DNA of 64,000 nucleotides from Octopus sinensis (GCF_006345805.1 NC_043008.1:13144001-13208000), one strand, 5' to 3'. Positions 1 to 12,895 are shown, counted from the stretch's first letter. The notes: generated by a model from the sequence alone, not told the origin. A program made the numbers and translations.

Positions 1-251
1 TTGCGGGAAACTCCCCGCGAAATTATAATTGCTGTTCTTGAAGGTATTAAATGTGGAATCGATGATATGAGCCTGCAATAAACGTCATGATATCCTATTG
101 AGTGTAGGCATGGGGGGCATGGAAGCTATAAGATTAAATTCTGATTTCGAATTATTAGAAATCTACCGATGTATCTACGACTTATCCTACGTTACAAATC
201 ATAGAGACATGTCCGGAATAACGGCACAAAACGTGTGCCTTTATTATATAT

Positions 252-640
<389 letters not shown>

Positions 641-641
641 A

Positions 642-860
642 AAGGTGGTGATCTGGCTGAATGGTTAGCACGCCGGCATCGTTTTCAGTGGTATTTTCTC
701 CGTGTTTACGTTCTGATTTCAAATTCGACCGAGGTCGACCCGGTTTTGATTTTTTTTTCCGGCTGGATGAAATAAATAGCATTTAAAAATTAGGGTCGAT
801 ATAATCCACTTGCCAACCACCTACTCCCGCCTCCTACCAAATTGTTGGATTTATGTCTTA
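642..860 (+). mobile_element. SINE family A, degenerate copy
   Basis: aaggtggtgatctggctgaatggttagcacgccgg...gttctgatttcaaattcgaccgaggtcgac matches the head of the copies at 1570, 27815 and 37103. Confidence 0.7.
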
Positions 861-928
861 AATGGAAACTATTATCAGAGAGACAGACAAACAAACAGAT
901 AGACAGACAGACATACAGACAGACAGAC

Positions 929-988
<60 letters not shown>

Positions 989-1015
989 GATAGATAGATA
1001 GATAGATAGATTAGT

Positions 1016-1335
1016 TTCTTTATTGGCCACACAGGGCTGCACACAGATGGGACAAGTTACAAGGTAGAGCTTTTCTTTTGGGGGATGAAAAAAAGAGGGT
1101 GGCGTAGGTTTTCGATCAAGAGGGATCGTAAAAGGGAAGAAAAGAACAAAAAAGAAAATAAAAATAAAAAAAATAGAATAAAAAATAAAAAGAATAAAAG
1201 AAAAAAAAGAAAAGAAAGGGAAAGGAACAAAAGAAAAGAGAAATGAAAAAAGAAGAAAAAGGGGAAAAAAAAGGGAAGAGGAAAAAAAAAAAGAACGATC
1301 AATAGGGATCGTGTATCACAGTGTTATGATATATG
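1016..1335 (-). mobile_element. 3' end of a non-LTR retroelement (family D) with (TATC)n tail
   Basis: ttctttattggccacacagggctgcacacagatgggacaagttacaaggtagagcttttcttttggggg recurs nearly identically at 52063-52140. The minus strand ends in AATAAAGAA followed by a microsatellite. Confidence 0.7.
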
Positions 1336-1339
1336 TTAT

Positions 1340-1374
<35 letters not shown>

Positions 1375-1375
1375 C

Positions 1376-1415
<40 letters not shown>

Positions 1416-1569
1416 TCAGACGGATAAAGGAATAAATAAAGAAATAAAAATAGTGAGCTTGCTGAACCGTTAACATACCTAGATAAATGCTTAGCCACGT
1501 TCTAACCATCTTTACGTCCTGAAACCAAATTCGACCATGGTCGATCTGCCTGTCATAATGTGATCAATG

Positions 1570-1798
1570 AAGGCGGCGAGCTGGCGGAAACGTTAGCACG
1601 CTGGGCGAAATGCGTAGCAGTATTTCGACTGTCTTTACGTTCTGAGTTCAAATTCTGCCGAGGTCGACTTTGCCTTTTATCCTTTCGGGGTCGATCAAAT
1701 AAGTACCAGTTAATCACTGGGGTTGATGTAATCGACTTAACCCCCTTTGCTCGTCCTCTCTATGTTTTGCCCCTTGTGGGCAATAAAGAAAGAAATAT
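1570..1798 (+). mobile_element. SINE family A (tRNA-like head), near full length; older head fragment at about 1452-1558
   Basis: aggcggcgagctggcggaaacgttagc...gagttcaaattc (B-box-like)...ggggtcgat...gccccttgtgggcaataaagaa; multiple copies in the window. Confidence 0.85.
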
Positions 1799-2988
1799 AT
1801 TTTGAACCGGTCACCTAAATTTGTAGTCTCTATAATTTTAGCTAATGATAAGTTTATAATAATATATTTGTACATATACTTTCCCAGCGTAAGTTCAAAA
1901 CTTTGTTCACAAAGGAATCTAATAGCAGGTATTTAGATTCTCTCGTAGCACCCACATACATCGTCATATATAAGCATATGTTTAACCTACAATGATATGC
2001 ATTAACATATGTTCACAATTGTTATGAAGACTGGTCGGTTTTGTTTTCTTTCCTATTAACCAGCATTGGCATATCGGCTATATTTTGGTATGTTGCTAAA
2101 ACTTGTTAAAGGCAGTCATTTCAAGATATAAATTCCAGAAAAATCATTTGGTAAACAAACAGTTAATACAAAATGTTGTTTTTCCTTGTAAATGTGATTC
2201 TTGATTTCTTATCCTATTTATATTTGTGGACATGGAATGATTGAAAAAAAGTTAAAATCATTGGTGGTGGGTGATAGATCCAACGATGCAATTTCGAAGC
2301 AATATCCATTAAAATAACAAAACAAGAACATACTTTTGAGATCAATAAGTCGAAATTGGGAGAAAGAAAATGAAATATAGTACATTCATTACTACGATTT
2401 CACATTCTTTTACTAACTGTTATTCTTTGAGTTTCGAAATACGACAAATAACAAAGACGTGTTATACAACATTGTTTAATTTCTCAATGTATGTAGGATG
2501 CTATGTAACTCGATTCCCACTGTTGCTAACTACCTGGAAGAGAATTAGACAAATACTGACGTGCAGCACGGCGGTGGACTGGCAGTTCTAGCGACATATT
2601 TTCTGTTTCCTGGTTTTTCTGCGCTCAAATATCATCGGGGCCTCAAATCTCACTCTTCGTCTTTCCTTCCTTTCGGATTGATCAAGTAATGTTACGGTTG
2701 AGTGCTGTAATGTGAGGGGGTCGATGTAGTCGATTTGTTCCGTCCCTATAAATCGCCGACTTTGAACCCCGAAAAAGATTAAGGTCCAGATTAGGAAAAT
2801 ATTTTGAGCTCAACGGGTAAACTGTGAGGTGAAAAAAAAAATTATAAGTAAATAAGTAATTCATAAATAAATAAATAAATAAAAGACCTGCAGGGTGTTG
2901 TGTTGTGAAGATGCTTTGTTTTGAAAATTACTACTATTAAATCTCACAACGTGAGATATTCAGCAACAGTAATTTGTAGTAATGATTA

Positions 2989-3234
2989 TTTGCCAACATA
3001 GCATTCCAGTCATGGTTTAGGAGTAATATTGCTCTAATTTAGCCCCAGGAGACATTATCTCCAGCTGGCTATACGGCACGATCTGTGTCCTTACATTTTC
3101 AAACAAGGGAATCTAGCACCCGCACTCAGCTCAAAACTGTATCTGTTAATCGCGATTACTTACACGCACACAGACGCAAATACACACACAAGCATATATA
3201 CATACATACATACATACATACATACATACATACA

Positions 3235-3266
<32 letters not shown>

Positions 3267-3369
3267 AGAACACAAATCGTGTCAGATAGCTAGCTGGGGA
3301 CGATGACTCCAGGGGCTAAATTACAGCAACATTCGTCCTAAACCAAGACTGCTATGTTATGTTGGCAAA
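2989..3369. mobile_element. MITE-like element with about 95 bp imperfect terminal inverted repeats around a (TACA)n core
   Basis: 2989-3083 (tttgccaacata...ttagccccaggagacattatctccagctggcta...cacga) is the reverse complement of 3276-3369. A related single arm lies at about 34018-34125. Confidence 0.7.
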
Positions 3370-3389
3370 CAATCTTTACTATGCTTTAT

Positions 3390-3600
3390 TTTTTCTTTCA
3401 CTTGTTTCAGTTATTAGAACGAGGCCATGCGGGAACACCACGTCGAAGAAGTTACAATAAAATGTATCGATATCAGTACTATAATTTAAAGCCAGGTACT
3501 TATTCCATCGGTTACTTTTACTAAACCCCTAGGGCAAGGGGACATAAACACATCAAAGTCGCGTGCCAAGCGGTGGTAAATGACAAACACAATCAAACGT
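3390..3600 (-). mobile_element. SINE family B, degenerate 3' half
   Basis: ttcacttgtttcagttattagaacgaggccatgcgggaacacc...ggtacttattccatcggt...gggacataaacacatc is the reverse complement of the family B 3' module. Confidence 0.65.
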
Positions 3601-4061
3601 GCATACAAATGAACGCACATACTCATACTCACACATATAAATACATATTTCTATATACTACTCTGTAATTTTCTTGTGTAACCATATGTAGAATGCGTCG
3701 TGGTATTCGTGTTGACCCTTCTCAGTTTAATGTCGAATCCATTTTTGCACCTATTTTCGTGATCGATAACAAAGTGAAAGCAGAAGGCAACTGACTAGCA
3801 GAATCGAGAGAATGTCAAGTAAGACGCGTTATGGACGTATGTGGACTCACTGTGTTCTGATCGCAGTCTGCGATGGCAATGTCATTTTAGCGTGTCGGCT
3901 TTGGTCGCGTCTGCTTCATAGGAGATTAGAAAGACATTTTGAAACGCCTCGGTACCTACTCGTCTTCAGCAGATAAATCTGGATGAAATTAACACATTCA
4001 ATTACAGTTATTTTCCCAATTATTACTGATGGATTCTTAGAAGATGCGTGTGAGCTTAAAC

Positions 4062-4093
4062 GCACACACACACACAACATATTTAAATATATA

Positions 4094-4131
<38 letters not shown>

Positions 4132-4305
4132 TATATATATATGTATGTATATATATATCTATATATATGTATATATGTATGTATATATATATCTATATAT
4201 ATATATATATATATCTATATATATATATATGTATATATATGTATGTATATATATATATATGTATGTATATATGTATGTATATATGTATATATATATACGT
4301 ATGTA

Positions 4306-4348
<43 letters not shown>

Positions 4349-4474
4349 TATATATATATATATACATACATACACACATATATATATATATACATACATA
4401 TATATACATATATATATATATATATAATATATATATATAGATATATATATATATAATATAATATATATATATAT
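4062..4474. repeat. (TA)n / (TATG)n microsatellite
   Basis: Direct; source of several YI-repeat ORFs. Confidence 0.95.
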
Positions 4475-5288
4475 AGGAAGTTCACGTGAGATCAATTAAA
4501 TGTCTTGTATAAAATATACTTGCAACGAGTCGCATTGCAATAGCATAAGAGGGTTCATGTTAATTGGAAATCAAACCAAATCATACAGCTTTTACACCCT
4601 CTCGTGTAACATTCCACAAGGTAAGTGGACATTTATTGCAGTTTGATGTCATTAGATTTACACCTAATGATTTCACGAACAGTAATTTTAATTTCTTGGG
4701 GATTTTCAAGTAAAATTCTATCATCGCTGCGTTGATCATTAATTTAAATTCAGGATGACAATATTGGTAATTTAAATGAAATACTGATCAATGTTCTCAT
4801 TTTGATGCTCAGTTGAGAAAATATATGACATACCACTCGTTCTTACGGTTTCATTTCTTTAATTATTAGACTGTAAAAAACAAAATCGTTATTTAAATAT
4901 ATTTATGAATTTCAACCAGAAACTTGGTACGCGTGTAATAACCCTTTAAATCCTGGGTAAGATATTTTGTAAGTAACATTCATATATTTTGTAGTGGTCG
5001 TGTGCCTAGAAAATAATCCAGTGGATCTGTTTCGCAAAATGCGTTGCTCCTCGTCTGCTGAAAACCATACAAAAAATTATACAAGGGGAATATCTTCCCA
5101 AAGTGTCGGTAATTTTGAAACGGCATAAATTTAGTACCTTAATATATTAAATCACTTTATATATTACGGTTGTTTTGTAATTGTACGAGTTTATCGCATT
5201 AAATTATTAAGCATATGTATGTGTATGTTTGTATGCATGTATATATATATGTGTATACATACATACGTATATATATTTACAGATATAT

Positions 5289-5353
<65 letters not shown>

Positions 5354-5357
5354 TAAT

Positions 5358-5635
5358 ATATGATACTTATTCGGTAGCCATGAAAAAACTCAGAGTTTTG
5401 GATGTCGGGGCAGAAATCCACGTCATAATTTCTTAAGTTATCGGGCCATCGAAAAAGAACCTATGAAAATGACCGTTAAACAAAGGGAAATTACTGTCTG
5501 ATTCCCCTTTTTTATCGCTCATTTTCAGAACATTATTTTAGATGACCCGATAACTGAAGAAATTATGGCGTGGGTTTTTGCCACGACATCCAAAACTCTG
5601 AGTTTTATCATGGCTACCGAATAATTATCATATAT
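5358..5635. mobile_element. Fold-back element (about 115 bp inverted arms) in a (TA)n tract, arms with degenerate hammerhead motifs
   Basis: 5358-5475 is the reverse complement of about 5518-5635. The right arm reads GATAA-CTGAAGA-stemII-(A)AAAC-TCTGA-GTT-TTATC (5549-5609). Confidence 0.75.
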
Positions 5636-5658
5636 TATATTTACATATATATATATAT

Positions 5659-5693
<35 letters not shown>

Positions 5694-6094
5694 GTATGTA
5701 TGGGTGTGTGTGTGTGGGTGTTTGTGTGTGTGTGTGTGTGTGCGTGTGTTTTATCATGTTTACCGAATATTTGTCACATATATTTACAGATAAATTCCTC
5801 TATTTACATAATATCGAGGTCTCTTTCATTATTTTGTTGTTTTGCCATTTTTATCAATAAGTTACTTCCCGTACACCGCCATTTTTCTGTAAGGGCTACT
5901 ACAGCTTATTTTGGAAAACCGCCAGAAATCGGTTGAGGACTCTGCCTCGCAGAATAATTTAATATGGACGCCTACTACATCGATTATTCTATGAAAAATA
6001 CACCTATACTATCAAGGATACTATACTCTAAGAAACTTTTTGAGAAAATTACAGACCTTATTGAGCGTATATATATATATATATACGCAATGGG

Positions 6095-6230
6095 TTCATA
6101 ATTTGGGAATATGGAAGTTATTTAGTGTTATAGTTTATATCATTAGAACATGTTTAGTAGTTTTCGTCCTGAAGTAATTTTCCTTTTGTCATATCTTTAA
6201 ATTCTTGGATTAGTTACTAGTATTGTTCTT
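6095..6230 (-). mobile_element. Decayed Penelope-like ORF fragment
   Basis: 6100-6177 is an inverted paralog of 15718-15795. It translates IQEFKDMTKGKLLQDENY*, resembling the PLE pre-RT motif LL.D..TY. Confidence 0.45.
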
Positions 6231-7610
6231 ATGCAACGAATTGGCCCTCACTTCGAATGCTTCACGGATACTGCATATCATAGCTTATTCTTCGATCCTG
6301 TAATACGTGTTAAAGAGGTCATGCCATTATGCACTTAATTATACCTTCACACTTAATCAACTATTTTGGAAGGTGACAAAGAGCAGGTACCTTGTAACGT
6401 ATGCCAACCAATTAAGGGGATGGTACAGGTTGCATAACTCGCCAGTAAACCTATTGTTAAGTCATACAACATCAATATGAACGACATCATCCCCCGTATA
6501 TTAACCCAAGATATTGTAAAGAAGGAAGGAGTGAAACGATTCAAGGGTGTGCGTATGTTATTGATAACATCTGCATCCACAGAAAATATGGTTTTGTCGA
6601 CTGCTCCCTGCTCTTCCAGTTTTGTACAAGTTCAAGTTTTTTTAAAAGAGAAAAACTAAAAAGACATCTATTTTCCAGGCTTTATACTCCGAAGAAAAAT
6701 TATGTGGTTTTCAGACTTTTCATCCAAGTAATACAATGTAGAGATATATCTTCCAAGTTACATATCATCACGTATTTTTTCAAGCTTGCTATCTCCACTG
6801 CTACAGTTTCATGGAACTCGGAATTCCATAATATTTGACAAACTTTATATTAGTGTTAAATTAGTTCATGTGGGGCAATGCAAGTGAGGAATTTGTCCAG
6901 CACGTCCCTTAGAAAGGTACATTAACTATTTCCACTAATACCTCTGACGCCTTATTTATAAATGCGAAAAATGTTAGCGAGTAACTAGATTTGAAGAATT
7001 ATAGGGTTCCCCCGGGTACTAAGAAACTCTGGGGAGATCTAAACAGAAGATCTTTCAGAGAAGCCCCCTCTTAATATACTCTAAGGTAGTGGGACCGCAT
7101 CTATTCTATGACTACTGGATATCTGTCTGCTGCGACACTCTGTGCTACTGTCTGCTCTGCAACCCTCCTGGATTATTAAAATAAGGTATCTTGTGTGTTG
7201 CAACCAGTTCAGTGTAAGATACCTGTTCATTGTAAGGTTACTTATGCATTTTCAATTTCACTTCTATTCTTCCTTAATAAGATTCAGATGGAACTCTTCT
7301 CAGCTGCTTCTGCCATCCCCGAAGAAGTTACGATGTATAATTTATTGATTTCGAAAACGCAAACTTCATCTTGATAGAATATGAAATAAGAAAGCTTAAA
7401 ATAGCATAAACAGTGTATTTCATTGCCTGATATTATTATCAGACTCGGTTCTTAAATTTGATTGAATTATGGATTTTTCAACATTGGCAAAGATTCAAAC
7501 GTTTGGCGACAGTGTATTGATGTTTAGTATTTCCTCAATGCTAGAGTGAAGAAAATACTTATACGAACGACGCAGAATCTGAACGAAATATAAACGCGAT
7601 GATAGTCTCT

Positions 7611-8050
7611 CTCTACCCGCTCAGTCGAAGTTGACTCTCGGTCACTCGTTGGATCAGTGTCCTCCAGTCAGTTCTATCCTGGGCTATTTCTTTCAGATTG
7701 GCTATGTCCATTCCGGTATCACTCTTGATGGTGTCAAGCCAGCGGGCTCTTGGTCGGCCTCTTTCTCTCTTGCCACTGACCATTTCGAGCATGATGTCCT
7801 TCTCCATGGATTTTCTCCACATAATATGACCGAAATATACCAATCTATGCTTGGTGATCCTAGCTTCTAGCGACATTTTCGGCCTTATCTGCTTACGAAC
7901 TTCTCCATTGGTGAGCCTCGCTGTCCATGGAATCCGTAAAAGTCTTCTCCAACACCAAAGCTCGAATACATTAATTCTCTTCTGGTCAGCTTTCTTTATG
8001 TCCAGGTCTCGCATCCATATGTTGCTATTGGGAAGACAATTGCATTCATC
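7611..8050 (-). mobile_element. 5'-truncated RTE-clade LINE (RT C-terminus and 3' end)
   Basis: ORF 7613..8098: KRINVFELWCWRRLLRIPWTARLTN...RLVYFGHIMWR..MEKDIML..VSGKRERGRPRARWLDTIK, the hallmark RTE/BovB-type C-terminus. Confidence 0.92.
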
Positions 8051-8213
8051 AATCTGCGATGATAGTATATAATGTAAAACCTTTTCTTTGCTGCTCAACC
8101 GTTTTTACTGATAGAAATACTCTTCTTATTGAAGTTTACCTTGTATCGAAACCACAACGCAATGTTTCCGTTTAAAGCTTTTCCCTCGGCCTCTATGGTT
8201 CTGTTTAAACTCA

Positions 8214-8288
8214 TAGTTTTCTGTCCACTATTAACGCCAAGAGCAGCAACATTAATACCACGACAGTTAAAGCAAAAATCTCCCATTT
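8214..8288 (-). pseudogene. Putative transmembrane pseudo-exon of IgSF receptor pseudogene
   Basis: Minus frame KWEIFALTVVVLMLLLLALIVDRKL*: about 18 hydrophobic residues followed by basic RK, downstream of the FN3-like exon. The acceptor AG appears lost. Confidence 0.35.
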
Positions 8289-9174
8289 TTAAAATAGAAT
8301 AAATTTCGCACGTATGGAATCAGAATAGAAAGATATCGATGAGGTGTATTTTTAACGTCGAAATTTGAAAATGGTTGCCAGAAACTTGTTCCGTCTGGTA
8401 ATTAATGTCACTCATAATACCGAAAATATCCGGACACACTGGAAGCGTTTGATCATTTTGCAGTTTTAGATTATATAATCCTATCTGGTTCAGAATGTGT
8501 AACAAATCTTATCACTATAGTCATTGATTTATTTCTAATGTTATTTGAAGTCTTGTGGCATATATATTTTCCTGCTGCCACCTCACGTCTATATTAGTGC
8601 GAAAATGAAGCAAATCAAATACACTGCTGAAAGGAAAAAAGAAAAAAGATTCTAATCTGTCTAATTTTTTTTAATAATATTTCTATTTCTATAGAAATAA
8701 CTGCAGTCGAGTTTATGGATGAAGGAAATTATCATTTTCATGTTATTGTATGATGTCATCTTGCTTTCTTGTACAATATCTGATATATTTAGAGAACAAT
8801 GTGAGAATATCGCCAAATCTGAAATAGCAAAGAATAATGAGCAGCATTCAACACACACACACACGCATACACACACACACACATACACACACACACACAG
8901 ACACATAATCTCCTCTCTCTCTCTCTCTCTAACAAACACACACACACACATGCACATACGCACGTACACACATGCTTGTTTCAGGCATTGGACAGTTGCC
9001 ATACTGGGGCACCTTGAAGGGTTGACTCGAATAAATCACCATCAGGTACTTACTTTTTTAGGTCGTCTATCAATCTACATTGACGAACCGCTAAGTAACG
9101 GCAACGTAAACAAACCAACACTAGTTGTGAAATGGTAGCTTTAACACACGCACACACACACATACACACACATA

Positions 9175-9226
<52 letters not shown>

Positions 9227-9273
9227 CACCTATATGTACATGTATGTCTGTATATATATATATATATATATAT

Positions 9274-9455
9274 GTAGGTCCCGGGTTGATTCGGGGTTAA
9301 CCACAGTAAATAAGGTACTCAATACATAGCAGAGTAAAATTAATTTATTATATAGAAGGTGATTCTACAGGACTAGAACTGTTTCATTCAAGAGAAATCT
9401 TGAAGATTTCTCTTGAATGAAACAGTTCTAGTCCTGTAGAAGCTCCTTCTATATA

Positions 9456-9460
<5 letters not shown>
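9274..9460. mobile_element. Fold-back hammerhead-bearing element (same family as 23672-23914)
   Basis: Near-perfect palindrome 9344-9460 centred on G9402. The right arm reads TGAAGA-tttctcttgaat-GAAA-CAG-ttctagtc-CTG-TA-GAAGC. Flanked by (TA)n. Confidence 0.8.
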
Positions 9461-9497
<37 letters not shown>

Positions 9498-9502
<5 letters not shown>

Positions 9503-9622
9503 TAATCCAAACACGAAAACACAAAAAGCACAACAACGCGAGGACGTGGAACAAATATAGTATAATTGGACGCTCAGGAAATAAGGGAACAAGGAGGGTC
9601 AACGTTTCGAGCGGAGCTCTTC
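9498..9622 (-). mobile_element. PLE-type terminal repeat fragment starting at a truncated hammerhead core
   Basis: The minus strand starts GAAGAGCtccGCTCGAAACGTT; related to 11974-12090 and 31596-31656; flanked by (TA)n. Confidence 0.6.
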
Positions 9623-10861
9623 TATATATATATACGTCGGGCTTCCACACGCTCTAATCTACCAGTTGTATTGAAAGGGCTTTGGGTGGCCCCGGACTAT
9701 AGTAGAGTGTACTTGCAAAAGTATCACGTAGCGGTTCACAAAGTAAGATTTCTATTCGGTGATACATGTTAAATCATGTAGAACATCTGCAAAATATGCG
9801 GATAGCCCGGGGCTATAGTTGAAGATTCTCGCCTAAGGTGCCACGCAGTGGGACTGAACCCAGAACTATGTGGTTGTTAAGCGAGCTACTTACCACACAG
9901 CCTATAGTTGGTAAAAGAGAGTAACAATGAAGTTACTAGGGCTGATTTAATTAGCTAACTACTCTCGCCTCCAAATGAGTCCTCGTGTCTGTACTGAAAG
10001 CGATTATTATGAAGAGAGTTAGTTGACTGACGGACTTGTAACAGCAATGGACAAAACGTTTTGCGATATTTCCTCTTGTATTTTAACCCTCTGAGTTCAA
10101 ATTATCCCGGAATCAACTTCCTCTTTCATCTCTCAAAGATCGATAAATCATATCAATTTCATTTGTGTCAATTTCATCGACGACCCCTTCCTCCAAATTT
10201 CTGGCTTTTTTCCTGTTAGTACCGTTCGAACTTTAAGGGATCAAACAAGCAAATTTTATATGCTGTAATTCAAACATAGAACGGATAGAGATATTACAAA
10301 ATTCAAGCCTCCATCTTTTTTCACCCTAACGATTCTCAAGCCACTCTCTATAGTAATCATAAGAAATTATGCCGGAGGCACAAAGCCACGTAATCTACGA
10401 AGTGATCTAAATGGTTCATTTATATCGATGGTAGCTCGTAAATAGAAACATTGTATATTGACAACGGGAATTTGTAAATCAACTTGTGATTATATAATTT
10501 CAGAGCATAAAAGAGCTTCATAAAAATAACAGGACATTTTATCTACCAATTTACCTATTCTGACACCAATTCGATAATTAATCTCTCTTATGTTGGAAAG
10601 AAGATAAAGTTCTGAGTAGAGGTGTATTTGATTTTAGCCATAACGGTTCTAACCTTTCGCTACGTGTACAGCGAGTTGTAAACTTAGGCATAAATATACG
10701 TATCTAATATTGCAATGCATTTTCTTCTGCGTAAAATGTAACTCTAAAAATTACAAGAATAAAAGGATGAATGATAGCAAACTTTAATACAATATTACAA
10801 ATTAGGGGCTTGGTTGGCAAAAAATAACTATATTTCAGTAATGGATGTTATGTTCCGTCAC

Positions 10862-11089
10862 CTATTGAACCGAACGACAAATTTGGGCGGAGCGGTTTAT
10901 TGCATCATGGGAGAAGGAAATCAAATAGTATCTCCTTGTAGTTTCTAACATTCTAACATTTCTAACATTGTCACAAGAACATTGTAAAACTCGATACCAA
11001 ATAATTTCATCATCCACTCCATCAACTCTGACACAGTACCACTTAATTGACAACGATAAAATAATATCACTTTCTATATCTGTACATTG
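10862..11089 (-). pseudogene. Fibronectin type III-like pseudo-exon
   Basis: SLSIKWYCVRVDGVDDEIIWYRVLQC...VRMLETTRRYYLISFSHDAINRSA fits the FN3 pattern S.SI.W....DG...I..Y.V...L....Y. Acceptor ctctctcctaatttgaag precedes it; in-frame stop at 10862. Confidence 0.5.
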
Positions 11090-11973
11090 CTTCAAATTAG
11101 GAGAGAGAATGCATGTGATTCATAGACTTTTGCACCTGATAAATGTTTGCTTTACTTTATGACCAAAATTTATGTATATTCCGCTGGGTATGGAACGCAC
11201 GAGATAATGATGTATATCTAAATACCGCGAGATGAAAATTCTCGCTTTTTTTTTCTGTAATTCACCGTCCTAATAATTTTGTCAGTGATAATACACTTTC
11301 TAAACTATTAACAGAAAACAATAAATGCATTAAATAACATCACTTTCCTTTAATGGAATCGATGATAATGGCAGTAGAGATATTTCTCTAAATTACGAAT
11401 CGAAAAAAAACTTAGAAAAAAAAAAGCAAATGACGAAAGATAAGGAGAAATAATTTTGTACTGAAATAATTTGTACAAACATAAAAATAAATATGTGAAC
11501 ATTAAGTACTCTAGAGAAATGCATTCTGACATGCATGATATATGGTTGTTTCATTACTAAATCAATACAAATTATTTCCTAAAATATATGTCTATATATA
11601 TGCGTGTATATGTATATAGACATAGCTATATGTGTGTATATATATATATGTCTATTTATATAGAAACTAGAGAGAATATATATATATATATATACAAAGA
11701 CACAGAGATAGACAGATAGATAAAAAAACGTTTAACTTATCCCACAGAGATATATGTGCCTGTATAAATTCGTGTGCATATGTGTACATGTTACTGTGTG
11801 TGTGTGTGTGTGTGTATGTGTGTGTGAGTGTGTGTGTGTGTGTGCAGTGGAGTAAAGTTTGTATGTATAGTATCCACTCACAAGTGTTGATCACAGTTAA
11901 AACTTATGTATGGTATTTAGTAACACGTAACAAAATATACCAGCACCTTTGGAAACCCTACCAAATCCCCGCA

Positions 11974-12090
11974 GAAGAGCGTTGGCTCGAAACGTAAAAG
12001 ACTCTCTCACTTCCCGAGGGTTAAACTAATACATCTGTTTGCTGTTTAAACACCCGTCTTCGGTTTTTGATTTTTTGGAAATTTTAACTA
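11974..12090 (+). mobile_element. PLE-type terminal repeat fragment starting at a truncated hammerhead core
   Basis: GAAGAGCgttgGCTCGAAACGTAaaagac..., ends at a (TA)n tract; homologous to 31596-31656. Confidence 0.6.
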
Positions 12091-12334
12091 CATATATATA
12101 TATATATATAATATATATATATATATATTTAAGTAGGTGAATGAATTATCCTATGTTTATCGTCAGCATGGAAAATTCGTTTAACCGAAACCTGGGTAGC
12201 AAATTCACGTCAGAAACACGGTTGAAGCGACCTGTCAAGGGTAGAAACTCCGGGTTCATGTGCAGAAATTTGTGTGTTGTATATGAATAAATGAAAGAAT
12301 GGAGTCGAACGAAGATATTAACAAAATTCTTTTA

Positions 12335-12416
12335 CTCTCGACACATGTTTCGAAGACAGCATGATTTCATGCCAAAGGAATAAAGGGTGCATTATGCAAT
12401 CTTCTCATCAGGAAAG
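12335..12416 (-). ncRNA. Type I hammerhead ribozyme (minus-strand copy)
   Basis: Reverse complement reads CTTTC-CTGATGA-GAAGATTGCAT...ATGCTGTCTTC-GAAA-CATGT-GTC-GAGAG. Confidence 0.8.
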
Positions 12417-12813
12417 AAAAGGAGCCTCTCTCGATACCAAGACAAAAATTCCGATGATTACCTTCATGGTAAACAAAGCGATAATGAGTGTTTTTTTTAA
12501 AAAGCCCTTAAAAGAATTGACGTCAAAAATAGATAGTAGGAAGAGAAGGGATAAAGTAATAATAAGTAGGGAAGGGAACAGTATGTTTGCTGTATGCATG
12601 GAAATGTGCGGGTGTGCGCTTGTGTTAATGAGTGCGTGTGTTTGTGTGTGTGAATAACTTGTTCCCTACCTATTATTCATTTATCCCTTCTCTTCCTACT
12701 ATCTAACTTTGACGTCTGTCTCTCTCTCATACACAAAATCACACACACAGACACAAATGCAGTTGTAGGTAATCATCGACATTTTTGTCTTGTTGTCGAG
12801 AGAGGCTCCCTTT

Positions 12814-12895
12814 CTTTCCTGATGAGAAGATTGCATAATGCACCCTGTATTCCTTTGGAATGAAAACATGCTGTCTTCGAAACATGTGTCGAGAG
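12814..12895 (+). ncRNA. Type I hammerhead ribozyme
   Basis: Stem I CTTTC/GAGAG (one G-U); core CTGATGA 12819-12825; stem II GAAGATTGCAT/ATGCTGTCTTC closed by G-C; GAAA 12879-12882; short stem III containing palindrome ACATGT; GUC triplet 12888-12890. Confidence 0.82.

Larger units (their letters stand above)
8975..9905 (-). mobile_element. SINE family B, split by microsatellite and nested inserts; second head at about 9803-9905
   Basis: 3' module at 8975-9135; 5' module at 9633-9790 (cgggcttcc...ctacca...ctatagtaga); head aggtgccacgcagtgggactgaaccc at 9836-9861. Confidence 0.7.

Noticed and set aside
3925-3975. Minus-strand CTGAAGA...tcAAAATGTC as a CpG-decayed hammerhead
   Set aside because: No stem I pairing and the core needs two repairs.
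6353-6659. Overlapping ORFs; KLEEQGAVDKTIFS vaguely like a gypsy RT start
   Set aside because: No further RT motifs; the similarity is too weak.
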